Source: an uncultured Acidobacteriota bacterium
GTDB lineage: Bacteria; Acidobacteriota; Thermoanaerobaculia; Multivoradales; JAHEKO01
DNA length: 11,798 bases
Direction: 5' to 3'
Assembly (NCBI GenBank): GCA_963713825.1
Contig: CAVQNG010000031.1
Span: forward strand, 1 to 11,798
Below, one piece after another: positions 1-6,710 of the stretch; position 1 is the first letter of the stretch, and every line of letters starts with the position of its first letter. A program made the translations under genes and the position numbers. The notes below the pieces were generated by a model. The model was not told the origin of the DNA, ran no database searches, and worked only from the letters and a program-made list of their open reading frames with translations.

Positions 1-101
1 CTTGAGGTGTCGGAAGCCGCCGCCGGGCCTCTTCTGTAACGCTTAGAAGGTCCGTCCCGACCAATCGGTGTCATGAAGGCGAATACAGACTTGGAAGGAA
101 T

Positions 102-141
102 ATGCCCATTCGGGCTTGAATGGGGATGCCGAAAGCGGCAT
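102..141. promoter_or_regulatory. Two ATGCC-N6-GGCAT-type inverted repeats, putative antitoxin operators
   Basis: atgcc-cattcg-ggctt (102-117) and atgccg-aaag-cggcat (126-141) overlap the -35 and -10 boxes upstream of the toxin start; TA operons are typically autorepressed. Confidence 0.55.
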
Positions 142-144
142 AAT
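116..144 (+). promoter_or_regulatory. Sigma70-type promoter of the toxin-antitoxin operon
   Basis: TTGAAT (116-121), 17-nt spacer, CATAAT (139-144); ATG at 159/162. Confidence 0.6.
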
Positions 145-158
145 TGTGAAGACCGAGG

Positions 159-260
159 ATGATGGGAGTCGAAAAGGCCCTCGTCATCCTGAGTGGAGAG
201 ATCAAGACGCCTCCGCTCTCTGTGCCAGCGCGTCGAGAGATCGGCTTCCTGATTCGCAAG
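159..260 (+). pseudogene. N-terminal stub (~34 aa) of a type II RelE/ParE-superfamily (Gp49/HigB-like) toxin
   Basis: EKALVILSGEIKTPPLSVPARREIGFLIRK resembles the family N-terminus (K-x-L-V-x-L-x-GEIKTPP-x-S-xx-AR-x-E-x-GFL-x-R); similarity stops at codon 34. A matching antitoxin type lies at 1519-1803. Confidence 0.7.
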
Positions 261-356
261 CAGTACCTGATCAGCGATCTGAAAGAAGACGGTGGACCGC
301 GCGAGATCGCGATCGATCCGATCATCGGTTCGATCGGCATCGGCTACAAATTCTAG
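261..356 (+). pseudogene. C-terminal fragment of an outer-membrane beta-barrel protein (OmpW-like), fused in frame to the toxin stub
   Basis: QYLISDLKEDGGPREIAIDPIIGSIGIGYKF*: alternating final beta-strand with DP...G-Y-K-F and terminal Phe (beta-signal). Confidence 0.55.
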
Positions 357-400
357 TCATATTTTTGAACCGCCTCGGAGAGGCAACGGAACTAGGAGGA

Positions 401-902
401 AGCAAAACGTACGGATTCAAAGCATTCATCTTTGATGGCAAGAAGACGGCAGGCAAGGCGCTGGACACCCTCGAGGACTACACGCCGGCCTACGTGTGGA
501 TCGACGACGTGGCGGTGGTCACGAAGAGCAAGCATGGTTCCATCCGTGTACACAGCACCTGGGCCCAGGACGACAGCGTTGTCGGAGCGGGCACAGGCAT
601 GGGTGCCTTGACCGGCGCTGTGGTGGGCGTGCTTCGGACCGGCAGGCGCGATCGCCGGTGCGATGACCGGTGGCTCGCTGGGCTTTCCTTTTGGCGCCTC
701 GGCCGACATGGCCTTCGACGATCCTCGCCTGGATGATTTCGCCGACTCTCTGGTCAATGACTCCTCGTCTCTGATCCTGGTGGGCGATGATGCCGCGTTG
801 ACCGAGTTCACCGCCCGATGACGCATCGGTGCGGCAAAGTAGTCCGACCGATCTCAACGAGGACGACATCAGGCGCTGCGCAAGGCGATGAAGAAGGCGT
901 AG
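401..902 (+). pseudogene. DUF1269-like Gly-zipper membrane protein, frameshifted
   Basis: AGGAGG RBS at ~394-399 with no start codon after it. Reads SKTYGFKAFIFDG...GAGTGMGALTGAVVGVL, shifts frame at ~635 to GPAGAIAGAMTGGSLG...DDPRLDDFADSLVNDSSSLILVG, then further indels give TDLNEDDI and ALRKAMKKA* (TAG 900-902). Confidence 0.65.
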
Positions 903-982
903 GACTCCATACCGGCTTACGAATCACAGCAGACTACAGAACCAGTTTGCGTCAATCAAACACCAAATGGAGAGAGACAGAC

Positions 983-1314
983 ATGGGAATCGATTTTCAA
1001 CTTCACAGAGCCTCTGTAGACATTTCGAAGGGACTTCGCCAATTCCAGAAGGCGGACAAAGAGCTCTACAACGACAACGTCGACTCAGCGGCCAGGCACT
1101 ACGATAAGGGGCTGGACAAGTTTGCCTCCGCCATGGACCACCTGGCGAATGCCGAAGACGATGCCTACAGCAAGGCTGGCTGCGGATCGACAAGGGCAAC
1201 CAGGAAATGCGCAAGGTCGTCGACGAGTACGACAGCGGCAACCCCGACAGCGCGCAAAAGCACTATGACAGCGCTTTGAGCTACTACGACGAGGCCCTGG
1301 ACCTGCTCGGCTAA
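983..1314 (+). pseudogene. ~110-aa all-helical hypothetical protein with a two-fold internal repeat, one frameshift
   Basis: GGAG upstream of ATG 983; MGIDFQLHRAS...AYSKAG, frameshift at ~1181-1185, then IDKGNQEMRKVVDEYDSGNPDSAQKHYDSALSYYDEALDLLG* (TAA 1312-1314). Confidence 0.6.
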
Positions 1315-1339
1315 CCCAAGGAGAAGGACGCGATCTGGA

Positions 1340-1382
1340 CTAGTGCCCAGAGGCTGCGACCTCTGGGCACTGGGTTCGGTTC
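1340..1382 (+). terminator. Probable intrinsic terminator hairpin
   Basis: Perfect 12-bp stem agtgcccagagg (1342-1353) / cctctgggcact (1360-1371) with a 6-nt loop, ~27 nt after the stop; weak T-tail. Confidence 0.55.
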
Positions 1383-1518
1383 TCGGAGAGCTGCTGGAAC
1401 CGGGGATACCGCCTTGGAAGACGGCAAGCGCTTTCGTATCGAGTACAACGTCTCCTTCTACCGCCTGGCGCCACCGCGAAGAATCGGCTGGCACCTTCTG
1501 GCCCGTGCGGAGAATTGG

Positions 1519-1803
1519 ATGGGCGGTCGGGTCACCACCGTCGAAGAATGGCTCGAGCTGTCTCCTGAGGAAGTTGCCATCATCGACATGAAGATTCAGC
1601 TCGGTGAGGAGCTCAAGGCGCTCCGCCGCAGGAAGAAGCTCTCGCAGGAGAAGGCCGCAGAGATCCTCAACACGAGTCAGGGTCGGGTGTCTAAGATGGA
1701 AAGAGGGCAGGCCTCCCTCGACCAGCTTGCATGGTCTCTGCTCGTGATGGGAAAGTCGAGGAAAGCTTTGGCCCGAGCAATCTTGGGAAGTGCGGGGGCG
1801 TAG
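1519..1803 (+). CDS. XRE-family helix-turn-helix antitoxin (HigA-like), possibly missing its native N-terminus
   Basis: VTTVEEWLELSPEEVAIIDMKIQLGEELKALRRRKKLSQEKAAEILNTSQGRVSKMERG is a typical HTH_3 of Gp49-type TA antitoxins; GGAG 6 nt before ATG 1519. The frame is also open upstream through the TTG at 1414. Confidence 0.8.
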   Translation: MGGRVTTVEEWLELSPEEVAIIDMKIQLGEELKALRRRKKLSQEKAAEILNTSQGRVSKMERGQASLDQLAWSLLVMGKSRKALARAILGSAGA

Positions 1804-1832
1804 GGGCTGGGCTTGCCCCCGCCCGTGTCATC

Positions 1833-2222
1833 TCAGCTGCCCAATAGATCGTCAGCCAGCACCTTGATGCCGCATTTGGGGCACTCGACGTCGCCCTCGG
1901 GTGTCACGTGGGTGTGATCGACGAACGCGAGGGGTCGCCCCTCGTCGCCGAAGAGCACATCGCACCAGGGGCAGCGCACCTCGGCCTCCTGTTTCGGCCG
2001 GCGGGTCTTCGCCAGCTTCTTGACGCTCTCGAGAGTCGGCGCCCGGTTGCCATCGAGGACCCCGGCATCCTGCATCAGCCCCACGAGCTCCTCCCAGGAA
2101 AGCTCGATCGAACGAATCTGATAGTCGAGAATGCGGATGCGCAGGCCATCCTCGGTCCACTCGATCACGCAGCCGTCCGTCGGCAGGTGAAGTCGCCCTC
2201 GTGGTTTGCTCGGCTCGCTCAT
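1833..2222 (-). CDS. Hypothetical protein with C-terminal zinc ribbon
   Basis: 129-aa ORF with CPWC...CPKC; preceded by a conserved promoter-like motif (2238-2266). Confidence 0.7.
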   Translation of the reverse strand: MSEPSKPRGRLHLPTDGCVIEWTEDGLRIRILDYQIRSIELSWEELVGLMQDAGVLDGNRAPTLESVKKLAKTRRPKQEAEVRCPWCDVLFGDEGRPLAFVDHTHVTPEGDVECPKCGIKVLADDLLGS

Positions 2223-2270
2223 GACAACGTGAAGGGGAGTCTACCGGTGGTCGGGTGCCCTGTCATCGAG
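2210..2270. repeat. Diverged direct repeat A, copy 1 (promoter plus gene start)
   Basis: 42/61 ungapped identities with 10493-10553 by manual alignment. Confidence 0.7.
2238..2266 (-). promoter_or_regulatory. Sigma70-like promoter for the zinc-ribbon gene (near-leaderless)
   Basis: Minus strand: ATGACA, 17 nt, TAGACT, then 15 nt to the ATG; boxes and spacing are conserved in the second copy. Confidence 0.55.
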
Positions 2271-2342
2271 AAATCCTCGAAGCTCTTACCCGTCAATGCC
2301 ACAAGGCGCAGTGCACCGACCAGCAAGGCCTGAGCATAGATG

Positions 2343-2390
2343 TATGTACATGATTCGATGGAACTTAGGCCGAATCCCACCACCTCCGCC
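2343..2390. repeat. Direct repeat B, copy 1: orphan 3' end of an ADP-ribosylglycohydrolase gene
   Basis: 46/48 identical to 10580-10627; on the minus strand encodes RRWWDSA* versus RRWWESA* in the intact gene. Confidence 0.9.
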
Positions 2391-2638
2391 GGCTCGAGCT
2401 CGATGAGATCGTCGTTGCCCATGATGAAGAAGATCGGAACCTCCACCTCAAGCAGCTTTGCTACCATCTGCTCGGCACTGAGCTTCTGAGCTTCGAGATC
2501 ATCTTCGACTTCCTCCGCAAACCCCAGCAGATCCCCAGCTAAAACAACCGCCTCCGGCCCGAGCGCCCCCGCCTGCCCCACGAACCACCCGACGATCCCC
2601 AGATTTCCGTGAAAGTCCGCTCCAGCAAGGATTCGCAT
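2391..2638 (-). pseudogene. Calcineurin-like metallophosphoesterase, 3'-truncated
   Basis: MRILAGADFHG (DxH), VLAGDL (GD) and IMGNDD (GN) motifs; the homology ends at repeat B and the later His motifs are missing. The frame runs on to 2219 through non-homologous sequence. Confidence 0.75.
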
Positions 2639-2901
2639 TCCTTGGAGTCTAGCGCCACTACGGTTGCCGATCCGGAGAAGTGCTGTGTACCTCACAGGGC
2701 GTTTACAAGTAACGATTCTCAAGGAACTCGTCTCTTATTGAGGGGGGGTTGAGCATCGACCTAGATTCAACAGCCTCCCGAACCTTCGGCGTCGAGCGCC
2801 AGACGACCAGTCCCAACCCTGGTGGTGGCGTGGGGCCGTTGCTTTGCGTTGCAGAGTCGAGAGAAGATAGGCTGGCGTAAACAGTGAGTTCAAGGGGCAC
2901 C

Positions 2902-5574
2902 ATGATCGGTAGCACCCTGGCCCATTACAAGATCCTCGACAAGCTCGGGGCGGGTGGTATGGGTGAGGTGTACCTTGCTGAAGACACTCGCCTGAAACGT
3001 CAGGTAGCCCTCAAGGTTCTCGCGGCCGAGGTCACGGAAGACCCGAAGCGCCTCCAGCGCTTCCATCAAGAGGCGGAAGTCCTCGCGGCTCTGAGCCACC
3101 CGAACATCGTAACGATCTATTCGGTCGAGGAAGTCGACGACTTTCCCTTCCTGACCATGGAGTTGGTGGCCGGAAAGCGACTCTCGGACCTGCAGAGAAA
3201 GGGTGGGCTGCCGCTCAAGAAGATCTTCCAGATCTCCATTCCACTCGCTGATGCCCTGGCCTCGGCTCATGAGAAAGGGATCATCCACCGGGACCTCAAA
3301 CCCGGCAATATCATGGTCGATCGCGAGGGTCGCACCAAGGTCCTCGACTTCGGGCTGGCCAAGCTCCGCCAGGAGCTATCTACGGAGTTCGACTGGAGCG
3401 AGGCGCCGACAGTCCAGCTCAGTGATGAATCGAAGATCGTCGGCACCCTGCCCTACATGTCACCGGAGCAGATCGACGGCCGTGCAGTCGATGCGCGATC
3501 CGACATCTTCTCGTTGGGAGTGGTGCTCTACGAGCTCGCTACGGGCTCTCGACCCTTCAAGGGCCACAGCTCGGCCACTCTGATTCCGCAGATCATGCGG
3601 GACATGCCGCCAGATGCCGACCTGGTCAGGCGAGAGCTGCCGCACCATTTCGGCCGTATCGTTCGCCGTTGCCTCGAGAAGGATCCCGATCGCAGATATC
3701 AGGCGGCCAAGGACGTGCGTAATGAGCTGGCCGACCTGCAGCGGGAGCTCGAATCGAGTGTCAGTGACAGCTCTCGCTCGAGAGACCTGGTGAAGGCACC
3801 CCTTCCAGGCTGGCTTCGATGGCTTGCTGTCGGGCTCGCCATCCTTGGCCTGGTGGGCCTGGGCATTCTCGCAAAACTGTGGCTCACCGGTGGCGAAGAC
3901 GACGATTTACCGCAGCCGATTCCGGTCGAGGCCACTGCGGATCGCAAGATGATCGTCGTTCTTCCATTCGAAAACCTGGGGTCGCCGGAGGATGAGTTCT
4001 TTGCCGAGGGCATGACGGACGAGGTCGCGAGCCGCCTGGCATCGGTTCCCGAGCTCGGCGTCATCTCCCGCACTAGCGCGATGCAGTACAAGGAGACACG
4101 CCCACCGCTCGGCCAGATTGTGGCCGAGCTGGGCGTCGACTATGTCCTGGAGGGCTCTGTGCGCTGGGAGCACGACCCCAACGGCCAGGGCCGGGTCGGG
4201 ATCATTCCGCAGCTCATTCGAACGGCCGATGACACGCAGCAATGGTCGGGCCGCTACGTGCGTGTCCTGGACGACGTCTTCGCGATCCAAGGAGAGATTG
4301 CGGAAGAGGTCATCCGTGAGCTGCAACTGGTGATGGGCGAGCCGGAGCTGGAGGCGATGAAGGAGCGCCCGACCGAGAGCCTCGAGGCCTACCACTCTTA
4401 TCTGCGAGCCATGGAGTATCGGCGAGCCCCGGACTACTCTCACGATGGCCTCGTGCTTGCGGCTCAACTGCTGGAGAGAGCCGTGGAGCTGGACCCGGGA
4501 TTCGCGCGGGCCTGGGCGGAGCTGGCCTGGGTTCATTCGATGATCTACTTCAACGACGATTGGTCCGAGAGCCGAAGGACCCTGGCGAGCGACGCCTTGG
4601 AGGCTGCAGAGGATCTGGCACCGGACTCCTCCATCGTTCACAGCGCAGCAGGTTTCTATCAGTACAGAGTCGAGAGGGACTACGACAGTGCCCTGGAGGA
4701 ATTCGCTCTGGCGTTGCAGAAGCATCCAGGTGACGTCGATGTGCTGGCGGGGATCGGCTACCTTCATCGCCGTCGTGGCGAATTGGACGAAGCGCTCGAG
4801 GTCCTACTGAGAGTCGTCGAGCTCGATCCGAGAAACGCCGCCACTGCCAGCGATCTTGCAGACACTCTATACGCGATGCGGCGCTGTGAGGCTGCGGCGC
4901 CCTATGCCGACGCGGCAGTGGCCATGGCTCCGGATGAGGCCGAGTTCTGGGGTACGAAGACATTTAATGAGCTCTGCAGTACTGGAAGTATCGAGGCGGC
5001 GCGCAACGTGCTAGACAGCGTACCGATTCCAGACGATCCTGCGCTGATCTACTATGCGGCCACTCTCGATCTCTATGAGCGGGACTACGATAATGCTCTG
5101 AAGCGCCTGGATACCGAGTCGCTGAACACTCTTGGTGTTTTCGGCCAGGTCGAGCTGCACCACCTCGCGGCTCTTGCCAATGATCGCCTGCGTCGACCCG
5201 CCGCAGCCAGGGAATGGATGGAAGCGAGTCTATCCGTTGCGTTGGAGGCCCTCAGTGGGCAACCAGAGGATGCCTGGCTGCAGAGCCAGCTGGCGCGAAC
5301 GTATGCCTACCTGGGCGATGGCGAGAAAGCCCTGGAGCTAGGTCACAGAGCCGCAGAAACCTATAAGGCTGACCGGTTCTCAGGTCCCAGGTTCGAGGAA
5401 GATTTGGCAGTCATACAAATGACGATAGGTAATCACGACCGAGCGATCGACTTTCTCGAAGAGCTGCTCTCCCTCGACTACCAGAACGCGATCGGACTGT
5501 TTCAGTTGAAGCTGGATCCACTGTGGGATCCGCTTCGCGACCATCCCAGGTTTGCGAAGCTAGTCAAATCGTAG
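2902..5574 (+). CDS. Hanks-type Ser/Thr protein kinase with TM helix, TolB-like domain and TPR repeats
   Basis: LGAGGMGEVY, VALKVL, HRDLKPGN, DFG, GTLPYMSPEQ and SDIFSLG motifs; hydrophobic WLAVGLAILGLVGLGILAKLW; IVVLPFENL...FFAEGMTDEV TolB-like segment; TPR-like helices; ends DPLWDPLRDHPRF. AAGGGG RBS before ATG 2902. Confidence 0.95.
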   Translation: MIGSTLAHYKILDKLGAGGMGEVYLAEDTRLKRQVALKVLAAEVTEDPKRLQRFHQEAEVLAALSHPNIVTIYSVEEVDDFPFLTMELVAGKRLSDLQRKGGLPLKKIFQISIPLADALASAHEKGIIHRDLKPGNIMVDREGRTKVLDFGLAKLRQELSTEFDWSEAPTVQLSDESKIVGTLPYMSPEQIDGRAVDARSDIFSLGVVLYELATGSRPFKGHSSATLIPQIMRDMPPDADLVRRELPHHFGRIVRRCLEKDPDRRYQAAKDVRNELADLQRELESSVSDSSRSRDLVKAPLPGWLRWLAVGLAILGLVGLGILAKLWLTGGEDDDLPQPIPVEATADRKMIVVLPFENLGSPEDEFFAEGMTDEVASRLASVPELGVISRTSAMQYKETRPPLGQIVAELGVDYVLEGSVRWEHDPNGQGRVGIIPQLIRTADDTQQWSGRYVRVLDDVFAIQGEIAEEVIRELQLVMGEPELEAMKERPTESLEAYHSYLRAMEYRRAPDYSHDGLVLAAQLLERAVELDPGFARAWAELAWVHSMIYFNDDWSESRRTLASDALEAAEDLAPDSSIVHSAAGFYQYRVERDYDSALEEFALALQKHPGDVDVLAGIGYLHRRRGELDEALEVLLRVVELDPRNAATASDLADTLYAMRRCEAAAPYADAAVAMAPDEAEFWGTKTFNELCSTGSIEAARNVLDSVPIPDDPALIYYAATLDLYERDYDNALKRLDTESLNTLGVFGQVELHHLAALANDRLRRPAAAREWMEASLSVALEALSGQPEDAWLQSQLARTYAYLGDGEKALELGHRAAETYKADRFSGPRFEEDLAVIQMTIGNHDRAIDFLEELLSLDYQNAIGLFQLKLDPLWDPLRDHPRFAKLVKS

Positions 5575-5598
5575 GGCTTGCGAAAGGAGCTTGAGAAC

Positions 5599-5796
5599 AT
5601 GACGAAGAAGTGCTGGGATCTGAACCTGGTGGCGGTGTGGGATTCGGATGCACAGAACATGGTGCTGCGGTGCAAGAAAACCACGAACCCGCCGCCCATG
5701 CTTATGGATTGCAGTGAGGCTGAACCCTTCGGGAGTGTGGATCTTGAGCAGCTGCTTGCAGAATTGAAAGCTGCCGCAGAGGAAGCGTCCTCCTAG
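5599..5796 (+). CDS. 65-aa peptide, candidate RiPP precursor or accessory protein
   Basis: Strong AAAGGAG RBS (5583-5589); ATG 24 nt after the kinase stop; contains 3 Cys, 3 Thr, 5 Ser and an acidic amphipathic C-terminus. Confidence 0.65.
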   Translation: MTKKCWDLNLVAVWDSDAQNMVLRCKKTTNPPPMLMDCSEAEPFGSVDLEQLLAELKAAAEEASS

Positions 5797-5894
5797 ACTG
5801 TAGTCTGGTGACGAGAGCTTCGAGGGGCTCTCGGCGAACAGTCCTTGAGAAGAATGCCTCTCGCCTCGGGGAGAGCCGTTAGGGTGCTTGCATA

Positions 5895-6710
5895 ATGGCT
5901 CTGGAACATGCCGCCCCCGGCCGGAAAGCTCCTTCCCGGCTTTCCGTGGCAGCCCTTCGTTCGGCGGAAGCGCTCCGGTCAGACGAAGTGGAGGTGATCG
6001 CCGATCATCTCTACTCCTACAACAGCATTCCCATTTCACCGGAATGGCAAAGCCGCTTGGCGAACCGGTCGGGTATCGAGCAGGCGCTAGGCCTGTCTTC
6101 ACACTCCGAGCTGCGTTCGACTCTCGAAGTGAACTGGCTGCAATTGCCAAGTTCCGCTGTGTCCGGATGGCTCACCTGGTTGGGCCGAGGGAGCGGTCTG
6201 GAGTTGGGTGGAGGCGGTCCCGAGTTCAAACTCTACGTGAGCCCGGCAGTCGAATCGCTGGAGAACGTGTTCCCCGAGCTCGTTCGGGCCCTGACCTCTA
6301 GCCGGGCTCGGTCGTTCAAAGCTGGTGCAGATTCTGTGGGTCTGCTCCGGCCGGACAAGCTGGTCGCCTACTTCTCCGATATAGGTGATCTGGCAAGCGT
6401 GGCTTATGAGCTCGAGCGCCGTCTCGCGGGAGTGGTTGCCCAGGGCGTGCCATTCACCGCGGAGATCTCCAGCGATGGTCTCTTGTCCTGGGGTGTCGAC
6501 CCGCCGACTCGTTCCAGCGCGCGGGGCCGCCGAGCTCCGAGTTGGCGGGAATGGATCTGCATTCGACTTGCCATGGCACTCGTCGAGGCTAGGCAAGAGG
6601 AGGACGGAACCGAACCGCTGTGGCCTCTGGCGGTCAAGCGGCTCGAAGACGACGGAATCCAGGTTGATCGCTGGCTACCCTCGCCGCAGCTATGGCGTTA
6701 CCCACCGTGA
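5895..6710 (+). CDS. HopA1-like protein, putative phospho-Ser/Thr lyase (LanY/TvaD-like)
   Basis: FKLYVSP, SFKAG...LLRPDKLVAYF, GVPFTAEI, GLLSWGVDPP and SWREWICIRLAMAL follow the HopA1-family motif order; KLYVS recalls the KLHVS of LanL/LanKC lyase domains. Its stop overlaps the next start (TGATG). Confidence 0.7.
   Translation: MALEHAAPGRKAPSRLSVAALRSAEALRSDEVEVIADHLYSYNSIPISPEWQSRLANRSGIEQALGLSSHSELRSTLEVNWLQLPSSAVSGWLTWLGRGSGLELGGGGPEFKLYVSPAVESLENVFPELVRALTSSRARSFKAGADSVGLLRPDKLVAYFSDIGDLASVAYELERRLAGVVAQGVPFTAEISSDGLLSWGVDPPTRSSARGRRAPSWREWICIRLAMALVEARQEEDGTEPLWPLAVKRLEDDGIQVDRWLPSPQLWRYPP

Noticed and set aside
116-736. 206-aa ORF as one gene
   Set aside because: Its first half is an off-frame read of the toxin/OMP region; only 401-635 is coding, as part of the DUF1269-like gene.
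818-1279. 153-aa ORF as given
   Set aside because: The real start is probably 983, and the tail after ~1183 is out of frame.
1792-1822. gcgggggc/gcccccgc inverted repeat between convergent genes as a terminator
   Set aside because: Only an 8-bp stem with a 15-nt loop, no T-tract, and partly within coding sequence.
2703-2915. 70-aa minus-strand ORF in the divergent intergenic region
   Set aside because: Overlaps the kinase start, has no RBS and no recognisable motif.
3907-4767. Long antisense ORFs (also 6698-7408, 10581-11192 and others)
   Set aside because: Shadow frames of well-supported genes in GC-rich DNA, with no recognisable motifs.
2275-5825. 12-bp inverted match cctcgaagctct (2275-2286) / agagcttcgagg (5814-5825) as element ends
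   Set aside because: Several 12-mer matches are expected by chance in 11.8 kb of GC-rich DNA; no transposase or target duplication.
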